Below, in pieces: positions 1-12,381 of a stretch of DNA of 64,000 nt. The translations under genes and the position numbers were made by a program. The notes beneath the pieces were generated by a model that saw only the letters and a list, made by a program, of their open reading frames with translations, ran no database searches and was not told the DNA's origin. Numbering within the stretch: the first letter of the stretch is position 1; the number at the start of each line of letters is the position of its first letter. Source of the stretch: Octopus vulgaris (Eukaryota); NCBI GenBank assembly GCA_951406725.2, contig OX597817.1, forward strand, positions 122,760,001 to 122,824,000, given 5' to 3'.

Positions 1-95
1 ATTATTAGTGACTGATCACAGAGAGATGAAAAGCAAATTGGTCTTCAGTGAGATTTGATTTCAGAATGCAAAGAGCCAAACCAAATACTCTAAAA

Positions 96-714
96 CTGTG
101 GTTCCCAAAGTGGGCATTACTGCCCCCACTGGGGGTGGTGGAAAGATCCAGCAGGGTGTTGAAGAAAAATTGGATGATAATGGGGTGATCAAAACAGGGC
201 AATGGATATAAAAAATGATAAACAAAAAGGGTTAATTGGGTTAAGTTTTATTTGTGAAATAGTGTTGTTTTGAATTTGGTGCAGAAAATAGTTTATGTCT
301 GTGATGGTGAGTAGGGGTTGAGGTGCAATGGCCCAGTGGTGTTAGGGCAGTGGACTTGCGGTCAGAGGATCGCGGTTTCGATTCCCAGACCAAGCGTTGT
401 GTGTGTTTATTGAGCAAAAACACCTAAAAGCTCCACAAGGCTCCGACAGGGTGTGGTGGCAATGCCTGTTGTACTCTTTCACCACAACTTTCTCTCACTC
501 TCTCTTCCTGTTTCTTCAGTAATGCTGTGATGGACTGGCATCCTGTCCAGCTGGGAGGAACACATATGCCACAGAAACCGGGAAACCGGGCCCATTAGCC
601 TGGCTAGGCTTGAAAAGGGTGCATAAATAAAAAAGATGGTGAGTAGGAAGGAGTACTAGGAATGTGGCCTTAGAACCAAAGGGGTGGCAACTTGAAAAAG
701 TTTGGGAACCACTG
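96..714. mobile_element. hAT (Charlie-like) non-autonomous DNA transposon / MITE, interrupted by a SINE
   Basis: TIRs CTGTGGTTCCCAAA (96) and TTTGGGAACCACTG (ends 714); 8-bp TSD ctctaaaa (88-95) / ctctaaag (715-722), typical of hAT. Confidence 0.8.
316..634 (+). mobile_element. tRNA-derived SINE, family A (nested in the hAT MITE)
   Basis: tRNA-like head with A/B boxes (TGGCCCAGTGG...GGTTTCGATTCC); A-rich tail; 13-bp TSD gatggtgagtagg (303-315 / 635-647); homologous copies at ~10250, ~33465, ~41785. Confidence 0.8.
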
Positions 715-2182
715 CTCTAAAGCCTTTTGCCTGAAGTCTCTGATGATTCTGCTGATTCTTTGTTTTCACAAATACCTTGGATAGACTGCAGTGATATAGA
801 GGCATCATAGTTGACAAGAGCAAGAGCTCATGGTGCCAATGGCAGAGGGTGTCCAAAAAGTAAATAGAATGGATGTGAGTTGATGCCTGCAATGTGTTGT
901 TGATTGTGGCTGAAAAGTTTATTTTTAGGTACAGAGCACAATCAGTTGTCTAGAGTTGTGGTCAAAATTTGGGAACATTTTTTTAAAAATCGAGATTGTT
1001 ATACCCACTATATTACTCTAAGTAGTAATAATACATTGCAACTTAAATATAACTTTGGGCATTTAATATAAAAATTCTATTTCAGTTTGGTTACAGATCA
1101 TCAGTTTATTAGAACTCAAGTATTTTATGCCATTGTAACTGAAAATAAGTATCTCAGATACATCATTGACCATTTTTGTGATTAAATAAGCAATTATTAC
1201 AGATCATGAGGCCAGTTTTAACCATTTCATTGGGGAAATCAGGTATATCTATTCAAAATTTCATTACCCTTAACTGCAGTTAGCAGTTTATGCTTACTAT
1301 GTTACCAATCTATGTTTTATCAAGGAATGGTATGCTTAAAACAACGTTTTTGTTGAGATGTTTCAAGTTTACTGAGGTAATGGGACTTGCAGAAAAAACC
1401 AGCTCTATTTTTTGGTAGATATTTAACACCATTACTGGAATAATCATAAAATTTAATTCCACAGTTGTGGGTTAATATCTATGAGGATATTAGTTGTCTG
1501 TTGTTAATGTCTGTTTATGCTGTGATAATAAGATTGCTTTCTAAATAGGGAATTTTTGCTCAGTGTCTAGGATGCATGTGAATAATTGATTTGAGAAGAG
1601 CCTTAACAATTAGTGAAGTGTGGAATTTTCTCCTTAGAAGTGTTTAATGTTAGAAGTAGGACCGTGTAAGCAATTTAATGTACAAAATAATAAAAATGCT
1701 TCAGACATAGCTGAACATTGGGGCAAATGAGAATTAATCAAAAGATTGTGGGTCACTGTGATTCATACTTGAAGCATGTCACAACGATGAGTTACTGTGA
1801 TACAAATCTGCGATCTTTGATGTTACAAACAGACGAAGTCCATTCGAGGGAAACTGAATTTTGTGGTTCTCCAGTAACATGTGACCAAAAATTACTAGTC
1901 TTATTGTTAAAAAATAAAAATAGGTATCAAGAGCACAGGCAATCACTGGTATGTGGCATATGAAAGTTTATTTATTATAGGCTTGGTGCTGAAGACACAC
2001 TTTTCTCAGTCATTGAGAAAGGAAAGAGAGATGCAAATCAATAAAAGAGATGGTTATTTATGATTCTCTTTATCAGTTCTGAGATGTTAGATGTGATAGG
2101 TTAATAGGTGTCAAGGTCACAGATATTTCCCTTACAGAGAATAGAGCAGAATCTAATGTTTTTACATAGTTTGGGATAGATC

Positions 2183-2202
2183 TCTCTCTCTCTCTCTAGA
2201 TA

Positions 2203-2271
<69 letters not shown>

Positions 2272-2345
2272 ATTGAAGTGTTTGGCATAGATAGAAACCA
2301 ATTCTCGAAAGCTTAATGTGTATGTATGTGTGTGTGCATATAAAT

Positions 2346-2414
<69 letters not shown>

Positions 2415-2573
2415 CACACATATATATATATACACACACATATATAAACATGTATATATACACACACATATATATGTATGTATATATATATTTACATATA
2501 TATATATACATATATAAATATATATATATATAATATATATGTGTGTATGTGTACATGTACCAATATACATATC

Positions 2574-2609
<36 letters not shown>

Positions 2610-2821
2610 CATACGTATATTGGTACATGTACACACACATATATCAATATATGCTTAATGTATATATGCATGAGTACATTTACATAAGTACACACATATA
2701 TGCACGTGTATATATACGCTCACACAAATGGGAATATGTATATATCTTAGATTTATATACTAAAATACATGTATTTATGTATGTATCATCATCATCATCA
2801 CCACTACCACCTCCACCACCT

Positions 2822-2867
<46 letters not shown>

Positions 2868-2880
2868 AATAATAATAATG
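2183..2880. repeat. compound microsatellite (TC/GA)n, (TA/CA)n, (CAT/CAC/AAT)n
   Basis: directly visible simple repeats. Confidence 0.95.
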
Positions 2881-3393
2881 AATCCAAAGACTACATTTTC
2901 CTTCAGAGTTAGCTTTAGCATGGTTTCCATGGTTGGATAACTTTCCTAATGCCAACCATTTTACAACTCATACCTGGTGCTTATTCATACCACCAGAAAT
3001 GGTGAAGTTACCATGCTGCTTACAAGACTATGAACTCCAAGGTCTGCAACTTTATGTCAGCTGATTAGGGGGCAGAACGGAGTAGATTTCTCAAAGTAGA
3101 CTCACATTTAAAAGAGAAAGAGAATGTGATTGGATGGAACTAGAAAGAGATAAAAATGGTGGTAATGAAGTATCTGGGAGAATCCTTCAGTTCCGAAGTG
3201 AGTTGAAGTGAGTGGAGGCAAAAAACCCCAGGAGTTTGGGTGGGTGGACGTTGGAAGAAGGTTTGGAAAGAGAGAAATGAGAAATGGGTGAATAGAAGGA
3301 AAGTACAGTTCTATATTTAAGAGATGAGGAATTATGTACATTATTTACATTATTTACATTTGATAGATATTTGTCCTCATCTTGTTTGTTGTT

Positions 3394-3439
3394 AACACAA
3401 TGTTTCGGCTGATATACTCTCCAGCTTTCATCAGGTGTC
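3394..3439 (-). ncRNA. minimal type-I hammerhead ribozyme motif (slightly decayed)
   Basis: minus strand reads gacac-CTGATGA-aa-gctg gagagtatat cagc-c-GAAA-ca-TT-gtgtt: stem I gacac/gtgtt, stem II gctg/cagc, vestigial stem III. Confidence 0.6.
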
Positions 3440-3488
3440 TTCGAAAAATTTCGAACCTGGGTTCTCATTCCTAAGGTATTTTTCGATG

Positions 3489-3529
3489 TTCTTCTTCTTC
3501 TTCTTCTTCTTCTTCTTCTTCTTCTTCTT

Positions 3530-3627
<98 letters not shown>

Positions 3628-3663
3628 TACTACTATTATTATTATTATTATTATTACTATTAT
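3489..3663. repeat. (TTC)n-(TTA)n compound microsatellite
   Basis: directly visible. Confidence 0.95.
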
Positions 3664-3713
3664 TCAGTGGTAGTAGAACCCTCAACTTTCTCTGATGATA
3701 TCAGGACCTTGAC

Positions 3714-4112
3714 TTTACTCTTTTACTCTTTTACTTGTTTCAGTCATTTGACTGCGGCCATACTAGAGCACCACCTTTAGTTGAACAAATTGACCCAGGA
3801 CTTATTCTTTGTAAGCTTTGTACTTATTCTGTCGCTCTCTTTTGCCGAACCGCTAAGTTACAGGGATGTAAACACACTAGCATAGGTTGTCAAGCGATGT
3901 TGGGGAGACAAACACAGACACAGAAACATGTACACACACATACATATATACATATATATATACAATAGGCTTCTTTCAGTTCCCATCTACCAAATCCACT
4001 CACAAGGCTTTGGTCAGCCTAAGGCTATAGTAGAAGACACTTGCCCAAGGTGCCACGCAGTGGGACTGAACTCAGAACCATGTGGCTTACCACAAAGCCA
4101 CTCCTACGCCTA
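3714..4112 (-). mobile_element. tRNA-derived SINE, family B (internal (CA/TA)n tract)
   Basis: shares ccttgggcaagtgtcttc...ggatttggtaga...ggtgctccagcatggccgcagtcaaatgactgaaacaagtaaaaga with more than 10 other copies in the window. Confidence 0.85.
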
Positions 4113-4441
4113 CTAAAAACTTTGTTTTGGCTATGTTTATCTTAAGATCACTCGATTCATACACACATGCACTCATACATTCATACTCAAACATGTCATC
4201 AAATTAAAAGGAGAGGGGGCTTATTAGCAATTAGAACCTTATTTTAGCACAGGTGGTGCTAGTCACCACTCTTCATCACTTTTGTGACCTCTATTGATTT
4301 TTGCCTTTAGGTTCTAATTGCTAATAAATCACTCTTTTAAATTATTGTTGACACATTTACCATTTTGAAAATCAGCACTTGTTTTCAACAGTTTTTCTTA
4401 TAAGATTGACAAAAGAAGTTGAGCTTATCCCTAGGCATTAA

Positions 4442-4498
4442 GAGCCACTGATGAGAATTAAAGTGGTTTACACTAAAATTTGAAATTGCAATAAGGAT
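4442..4498 (+). ncRNA. minimal type-I hammerhead ribozyme motif inside a ~395-bp terminally redundant module (4221-4615)
   Basis: CTGATGA (4448-4454); stem II gaatt..agtg gttta cact..aattt; GAAA (4482-4485); palindromic stem III ATTGCAAT; UA cleavage site; stem I weak. Confidence 0.6.
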
Positions 4499-4615
4499 TT
4501 GCCTCCACTTGTTAGTCATTAAGTACAGTGCTTTAGTGGCTTGGAGTTAATTTAACTCTCATTTTAGCAAAAGCAGTGTTAGTCAGCACCTGCCATCACT
4601 TTTGTGACCTGTATT

Positions 4616-4694
<79 letters not shown>

Positions 4695-5006
4695 TGTGTG
4701 TGTGTATGTATATATATATATAATATATTGATAAAAATGGTAAGACAACAAAATAATATATATATAAATAAGGATAAGATTGATATTTAAATACCAATCT
4801 TATCAGGTGGCCAGCATGCGAATAAAAACCTTCAAAGGTAATATCTTTTTAAAATTATAATTTAGGGTATTTAAGAGATACCACCACGCTGGAAATAGCA
4901 GTCAAAACTTAATTATATATATATATATATATATACATATTTACTAACAGAATGAGATAAAAAATCCAAGGCTGTGAATAGTTTTCAGAACATTTATAAA
5001 GAGAAG

Positions 5007-5054
5007 GTCTTACAGCTGTTTCTGGGATATTTTATATATCCCTTCATCAGAGAT
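5007..5054 (-). ncRNA. minimal type-I hammerhead ribozyme motif
   Basis: minus strand reads tct-CTGATGA-a-gggatat ataaa atatccc-a-GAAA-cagctg-TA-aga: 7-bp stem II, palindromic stem III ACAGCTGT, GUA triplet. Confidence 0.7.
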
Positions 5055-5228
5055 AGTGCGAGAAAATGTTTAAGTAATAGTTATAATAGAGAAAATATGA
5101 AATACAGAGTGAAATGGAGGAATGAAAACATACGTGAGATACATAAGGATATTGAATTTACAGTTCCATTATTTAAGCAGAATGGTGTATATATATATAT
5201 ACATGTATATATGTGTCTATATATATAT

Positions 5229-5262
<34 letters not shown>

Positions 5263-5466
5263 GCATATATATATATACGTAAATGCATGGTAACAAATAA
5301 AAGAAGAGGGCACTTGATTATTTAAAGCAGTTTGATTTGACTCTACGCAAACTTAAAGTTTTGTGATCTTCCGGCACAGACCTGTCTCTTTCAGGCTTAA
5401 ATTAAGGAATTCTGCAAAAAGCTTGTGAAACTCTAAGTTTCATTATTTAAACTGCTTTAAATAATG

Positions 5467-5515
<49 letters not shown>

Positions 5516-5595
5516 TAGTATTAATAATATTAACAATGAAAGATATATATATACATATATCTATATATATGTATATATATATATATATACGTGTG

Positions 5596-5670
<75 letters not shown>

Positions 5671-6332
5671 GAAGTACATATTTATATATACACATATGCA
5701 CATACTCAAACATATTTATGTAAGTATAAATACACTTACACAAACACACACGCTTCTTAATATGAAACGAAATAACTGGAATGGTAATTATTATCGAACA
5801 TAATTCTCTGTGGCTAGTTTCGAAGAATAAAGAGTCTATTGACAACAGAGTTGTCATTTTTCTCTGATCTTGAAAGCAAAAAGATATAAGAGAATTAATT
5901 AGAGCATGATGAAGAGAAGTTGCGATATGTACTTAAATGAAAAGAAGAATCTTGGCAAAACCTCCATTGTTTTCCAGTAAAGCCTTTAAGATATTCTAAC
6001 TGAACATTGCTTTCAATCTATTATACCATTAAGTTTAATTTCAGAATGGTGTATTCAAGGTCAGTTGTAGGTTCTTTTGTGTTGGTTACTCTTTTATTTG
6101 TTTGCTTTTATTATTTTAGTTTCTCTCTCAGATATTTTTCAAACAATGGTATCTACTTTATTTCTTATTAATTTTAGATTTATGGAGTAATTAATATGTT
6201 TGTATGTGTGTGTGGGGTGGTGGTGGTGTGTGGGTGTATGTGTGTGTATGTGTGTATGTGTATACATATATATACGTTAGTAAATATATGGATACATGCT
6301 TACAATTACAAACACATATCTACACACACAAT

Positions 6333-6401
<69 letters not shown>

Positions 6402-6466
6402 CATGCATGCACATGCACACATACACACACATATGTATATACACATATAGATATATACATATAATA

Positions 6467-6697
6467 AAGGCGGCGAGCTGGCAGAAACGTTAGCACGCCG
6501 GGCGAAATGCTTAGCAGTATTTTGTCTGCCGCTACGTTCTGAGTTCAAATTCCACCGAGGTCGACTTTGCCTTTCATCCTTTCGGGGTGGATAAATTAAG
6601 TACCAGTTATGCACTGGTTTGATGTAATCGACTTAGTCCCTTTATCATTGTTTGTCCCCTCTATGTTTAGCCCCTTGTGGGTAATAAAAAAAAAATA
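6467..6697 (+). mobile_element. tRNA-derived SINE, family C
   Basis: aaggcggcgagctggcagaaacgttagc...gagttcaaattcc...gtcgactttgcctttcatcctttcgggg; apparent TSD atagatatatacatat (6447-6462 / 6695-6710); many homologues in window. Confidence 0.85.
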
Positions 6698-6984
6698 GAT
6701 ATATACATATCTATACATACATATCTATCTATCTTTATACACACACACACACATATATGTATATATATATATGTAGATATGTAGATATATGTGTGTGTGT
6801 GTCTGCATATATGTATGAATACATTACTACTACTACTACTACTACTACTACTTGTAGCATCAGTAGTATCATCATCATCATCATCACCATCGTCATCGTC
6901 ATCATTATCATCATCATCATCATCATTATTACTACTACATAAAAGTGTATGTGTGTGTATTTGTGTGCATATATTTATCCAATA

Positions 6985-8130
6985 TATTGGGGAGGCTGGT
7001 CAACTTGCTGATCAAATAGATCTGATGGCAAAATCCACTCCTGCTTCACAGTGTTCATCGCTACTGTGGCCTCTCCAGAAGACGATCTAACAGGTTTTGA
7101 CTGCCATCAGCTGACCTTTGTGTGCAAGCCTGGTCTTGCTCACAACTGCAATGTGGATGTTGCACCTGCCAAAATTCTCCTGTGACAAATGCTGTCCATC
7201 TCCCAGGTTTGTTTGCTTTGAAGCTGTCCATGAGTACTTGCACATTCCATGTGCCAATGGTGAGCAATGTCACTGATGTTTTTGTCTTGATGTTTCTAAT
7301 GCATAATTGGGATCCTCACCTGCTGCAGTATGTAGCCCAGGGTGAGGTGAAGCAGGTTATGCTTAGGGCACCTTTAATAGCTTCTTTCTCAGGCCACAGA
7401 GGTGATCAAAGCAATCCTAAAATGGTGTACTCAGCCTGCTGAGCTCCACTGCTGCTTAAGTCAGTGGGAAATGATCCTATAGTATGGACCACCTGTGTGT
7501 AGGTTTCTGACTACAGTTTTCAGTACATCCATACCTGCTACTCTGTCATTCATTCATTGCCACAGGACTTGAAGTGAGTCTAAGATGGTGTGATGATTTG
7601 ACTTGTGCATGACTTCAATTAAAGTGAGGGAGGGTTGTGCAACATCATCTAATTCCAATCTAATTTGAGTGATAGGATGAAGTCAAGATAACTAGAGATA
7701 AGTTGAGATGCTGTGGATGGGTGCAGTGTCCTTTGTGTCTCACTGTGCCTTGTTCACACTCCACAATGCTTCCTGGTCCACTCCAAACCCATTGAACCAA
7801 TCTGGTGGTTTCCTCTAAACAGTCCACTAGGTCCATTCTTCATATGCATAGGTAAACAAGCCCTAGCTCGCTAAATGTTTGAAAGCCATTGGCTAACCTC
7901 ACCATGATTTAGTCAGCCTGTGGAAACCATTGCTCAATGTGCAGCTGCTGTTGCATACAGACAGCTTCAAGGAGCCACAGATGAGAGCTGGGTGTCAGGT
8001 GAAGACCAAAGTTGATGACAAACTACTCCAAAGACCACAACATATTTCCCCATCAGTGGTACTAGCATGTCCAGATACCCCATGCACCTAAGATACAGAG
8101 GTCCTCTCTCAAGCTGATCTGCCAAGCACT
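6985..8130 (-). mobile_element. RTE-clade LINE 5' end (5'UTR plus start of AP-endonuclease), decayed
   Basis: minus-strand translation LTIGTWNVQVLMD..KPGRWTAFV, then shifted frames with TRLAHKGQL, FWRG, EAGVDFAI, matching the RTE APE N-terminus. Confidence 0.7.
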
Positions 8131-8149
8131 TACACACTAGTGAGGAGAG

Positions 8150-8605
8150 CACTAGTCAGGTGAGTAGGCACCTTGTTTGAATACCTGAAACACAACTCCC
8201 TAAGAAACTGTTTTAAAGTGAGCTGGCAGAAGGCAAGTGCATGCAAGGTGGACAGAGAAAGTGTTTCAAGGACATATTCAAAGCCTCACTGAAGAGCTTT
8301 GAGATAATTCTTGACACCTGGGAAATGATTGTCCTGGATAAGATTGCCCTGCCTTACAAAGCTGCACTAACAGAGGTGGTGCCTCCTACAAACACAATAG
8401 GATTGCAGGGACACAAACAAAATGTGAACTATGCAAGTCCAGAGTCAATTCCTTGGCTTTAGCCTCAACAAACCATCGGTGCTTGACATGCAGCAGAGCC
8501 TTCCAAGCATGCATGAGACTGACTGACCACAGGCAGACACACCATGCTCCATCTTCTTTAATGTGATGACTTTCGTTAACAACGCCAGGCAAACCAATAA
8601 TGATA
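8150..8605 (+). mobile_element. RTE/BovB-like LINE 3' end, decayed
   Basis: HLV*IPETQLPKKLF*SELAEGKCMQGGQRKCFKDIFKASLKSF..DTWE, followed by a degenerate C-terminal zinc finger (CSRAF..RLTDHRQTH). Confidence 0.75.
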
Positions 8606-9114
8606 CTAATACTGCCCTGATGCAATACCAGGCAGTGGCTCTCATGCCTTCTGATCTTAACTGATTGGAAGTGCTATCATATATATGTTTTGTCTTGGTA
8701 TAAAAGATGGGTTACAGCAAATTTTCTGCTCAGTACCACAAACTTGACTGTCAGTTGTTTGACCTTAACCAGTTGAGAATGTCCCTTGGTGGCTGACAAT
8801 ATGTGCATCTCTGATCACGAGCAGAAGTAGTGAGGGAGAAGCATAGTCATGTGTTGAGAGGAATTCTTTGGGGTTTGAATAATACTTCTCGGTAAACATG
8901 GGCATTTCATTCATCATCCTTAAGCAAACTTTATTCAGAGCCTTTTTGAGTGGAATGGGCTACTTGACATGAGGAAAATTCTAACTGAGCTCCACCTGCA
9001 AGGTCATGCACTGTTTATCTTGATATGAGATCACCATGTCACACACATGTGGTTGTGATGCATGTGTCTGGTATACCCTTATCAAGCTGGTAATCATGAT
9101 GGGTGCATTGGACA

Positions 9115-9331
9115 CTGTAAGCAAAAATATAGGCAAATGGTTGAAGGAAATTGGAATAGAATGCCTTGTTGAGCTTCTACAAATCTTTGCCTCTTAGAAG
9201 CAAGAAAGATTATCAGGTGGGTCTTAAGCATTTGAAAGACTATTGGAAGATTGTGGACACCTATGGTTTCAGGTAATAACCTGCTACCCACACAAACTCT
9301 ACCAGGAATAAGAATGAACCTGAGTCAAATC

Positions 9332-9418
<87 letters not shown>
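9115..9418 (+). mobile_element. R4/Dong-like LINE 3' end followed by (AAT)n
   Basis: KWLKEIGIECLVELLQ..LLEARKIIRWVLSI* resembles the R4-clade C-terminal LQK..LLGTA.I.R.VL motif; short UTR, then (AAT)n at 9331-9418. Confidence 0.55.
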
Positions 9419-9999
9419 TTGTAAATGAATTCATGAACAGAAAATGTGTACTGAATATATTATGTAGCCTGAATATATTTAGTACAATAAAGTATATAAA
9501 TATTACCTCTGCTCCATAGCTTCCATGGCTTTAAGTTTCATACTGAATAGAGCAGTTTTCAGAGGATCTAAGCAGAAAGTAAGCTTTCTTTCAAATGGCA
9601 GTTTTATTCTCAGTATTCTTTATGTGTGACAGCATGTTGTCAGGTTTCATTTGGGCTTGGAAATAGTAAAATATCAGTATAGGAGCATGTATGCAGCAGG
9701 TTTATTCACATACACGCTCATATATACATGCAGAAAAGCACATGTAGAATTTCATACTCATACACACATTGTATATGTTTATGTGGGTTTCAGTGAATGT
9801 ATATATATATATATCTACACAGAAACATGGTACCTTTTATGATCATGTTTATAGGCTATTTTCCCCCTGTGATATAAAGAAAGGGCAGGAATTTTGTAGA
9901 TAGTTTATTATACAGCATGACATGCTGTGTGATATTTGATTTTAGTGATATCAGTTGCATGGGAGAAAGTGTGAAATGTCAATGACAAATAAGCAGTAA

Positions 10000-10219
10000 T
10001 ATTTTAGCATTCAAACTAGCCATATCCAACCTAAATACTCTGCCTGTTTTAAGTTCAAATTGGTCAAATTTGGCCTCTCACGCCTACCCTACAATATCAC
10101 TGTAAAAATAGGGGAAGATATCATCAAAATCTTGAAGCTCTGGGATAATGCAGGATTAACTCAAAACAATTTGAATAAATAATCATCATGTTTAACAGAA
10201 TTATCTGAATGCTAAAGGA
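10000..10219. mobile_element. piggyBac-type MITE (decayed)
   Basis: inverted ends tttagcattca / tgaatgctaaagga followed by TTAA (10220-10223). Confidence 0.5.
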
Positions 10220-10249
10220 TTAAGGTTATCAACCACTCCAATAGTTATG

Positions 10250-10540
10250 GAGACACATGGCCTAGGGGCTAGAGCAGCAGACTCGTGGTCGAGGGTTCGC
10301 AGGTTTGAATCTCAGACTGTGTGTTTATGAGCGAAACACCTAAGCTCCACGCGACTCCGGCAGAAGGTAATGGCGAACTTCTGCTGACTCTTTTGCCACA
10401 ACTTTCTCTCACTCTTTCCTCCTGCATCTCGCAGCTCACCCGCGACGGACCGGCGTCCCATCCAGGTGGGGAACCTATACGCCAAGAAAACTAGGAAACC
10501 GGTCCTATGAGACAGGCATAGCTCGAGATGGAACAACTCC
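10250..10540 (+). mobile_element. tRNA-derived SINE, family A
   Basis: homologous to 316-634 (gagcgaaacacctaagctccac...ccacaactttctctcactct...ggaaaccgg). Confidence 0.75.
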
Positions 10541-10951
10541 AACAGTTGAGGATAGATACTATATGTTGGTTTCCATTTTCTGATTGAAACTAATAAGTAA
10601 GAATTTGTGAATATGACTACTTTTGGTGAAAATAATAGATCTTATTTAAGCAATCATTTGAAGTTCACAGTTTATTTAAAATGCAAAGGAAAATACTTGT
10701 CTGGCACATAAGCTGCTTACCAAATCTGCTTATGTGATATGACATATCTTTGGTCTTTATATCCTAAGCAGTGCTAAAATTATTAATTCACTTGTCTTAC
10801 CACACTTATTTGATAGTGTATAAGGTGCAGTCTTGCATAAGATGCACCCATATGTTACAAGTATATTTTGCTGGGGTAAAAGGGATAATTTTGTGCTATT
10901 AATTAAAATATCATAACAGTGTACTGGAATAAAGTATGCTATCACATATAT

Positions 10952-10987
<36 letters not shown>

Positions 10988-11664
10988 ATATTTCGGAATG
11001 GTCATATTGCCAGTTTAGCCAATAAAAACACACGCACTATATATTTGGTGTTATTTTGCTTCAGTGATATTTATTTTTTACATTAATCTTAATCTTATTT
11101 CGGCCAAAGTTCTTTCGTCACACTCCTGTGACCGCATCAGTGGTCCTTTGTTTTCTTCTCACTTACTTGTGTCTCTCCTTACTAACCGTCAGCCATTTTG
11201 TATTTCTATTGTATGTCTTCATTTGCGCATGCTTATATCTCTATGTGCGTCTATGTTTATTTAGTGTGTGGGGGGGATGTCTGTAATATTTGTATCTTCT
11301 GGTTATATACATTCTTGTAATTTGTATTTTGTTTTTGTTGTTGTTGCTTTTGTTCTAATTTTGTTCATGTGTTTACATCCACCCATTATTATCATTACAT
11401 ATGCTTGTATGTATGTATAACAACAATATTAGTAATAATAATAACAAATCTAATCGAAAAAAAAAAAAAAAAAAAAAAAGAATATACATATACATATATA
11501 TATATATATACATACACATACATATACATATATATATATACATATATACACACATATATACACATATACATATACATATATATACACATATACATACACA
11601 TAGATATTCATTTCTATTTCTTTAATTACCTGTGTATTTATTATGTTTGCAGGATCCACTATTG

Positions 11665-12381
11665 TCATATGTTGTGGTGTGCGCTATTGCTCCATTCTAG
11701 TTTTCTATTCAGGCTAGGTTTATTTTCTATTATATGTGTAGCTTCTGTAATTTGTCTAATTGTTGCATCTGTTCTATGTGTGGACAATATCTTAATCTCT
11801 ATGTTATTGATTGATCCCCCGTGTTCTTGTTCGGCGTGTTGGTACAGAATCGATGAGCTTTTACCTTCCTTGAGTTGTCTCCAATGTTCATTCACCCGCT
11901 CACCAATGCTTCTTGCAGTTTCCCCTACGTATGTTACTGTCTTGTTACTGCATCGTCCCTCTATACATCTTATACTATAGACCACATTTTTGGCTTTACA
12001 GTTCGTTTGTGGGCTAAATCTACATACAGTGCAATAGTTATCCGTACAGAGAGTTCTACTAAAAGGATAGGTTCTACCAATTATAGATCTGATAGGGTTG
12101 CCTGGCTTTTCAACAACCTTAATTCTTAGTTTAAGTTTATCTAGGGTCCTTCTAAAGCGGTACGCTAGTTCACCTCCAGGGGTGGTGTCAACGAACATGA
12201 CACTCTGGTATTTATGGCTATCATACCAAGAGTTGGCCTTCCTTATTTTCTTTTTTGTCCTTTCTATAGTGTTCCATGACTTGTTCCTATAGAGTGGGCA
12301 AATCCCATTCCTATCATTACATAATATATTATCAAATTTCTTCATGGCTCCTTTGTATACTCTGATCCTTTCTTTATGGCT
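11665..12381 (-). CDS. Penelope-like ORF C-terminus: post-RT region, Cys-rich linker and GIY-YIG endonuclease (5'-truncated, frame intact)
   Basis: PLYR..W...ER..KK....WY; [11 protein letters not shown]; CTDNYCTVC; VVYSIRC....C.....[16 protein letters not shown]; LYQHAEQEH; RQITEA; PSLN. Cys-rich linker suggests a Neptune/Nematis-type PLE (inference). Confidence 0.9.
   Translation of the reverse strand, partial: SHKERIRVYKGAMKKFDNILCNDRNGICPLYRNKSWNTIERTKKKIRKANSWYDSHKYQSVMFVDTTPGGELAYRFRRTLDKLKLRIKVVEKPGNPIRSIIGRTYPFSRTLCTDNYCTVCRFSPQTNCKAKNVVYSIRCIEGRCSNKTVTYVGETARSIGERVNEHWRQLKEGKSSSILYQHAEQEHGGSINNIEIKILSTHRTDATIRQITEATHIIENKPSLNRKLEWSNSAHHNI

Noticed and set aside
316-392. tRNA-like sequence (also the heads of SINE families B and C)
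   Set aside because: Continues into a SINE body with tail and TSD; the cloverleaf is incomplete, so not a tRNA gene.
2101-2955. YI/CV/HT-rich ORFs here and at ~5.1-6.9, 15.2-18.2, 27.5, 40.6, 50.2, 53.4 and 57.3 kb
   Set aside because: Translations of (TA)n, (CA)n, (CATA)n and trinucleotide microsatellites that simply lack stop codons.
11369-11980. 203-aa hydrophobic plus-strand ORF and its mirror at 12342-12650
   Set aside because: Antisense of the GIY-YIG frame plus microsatellite.
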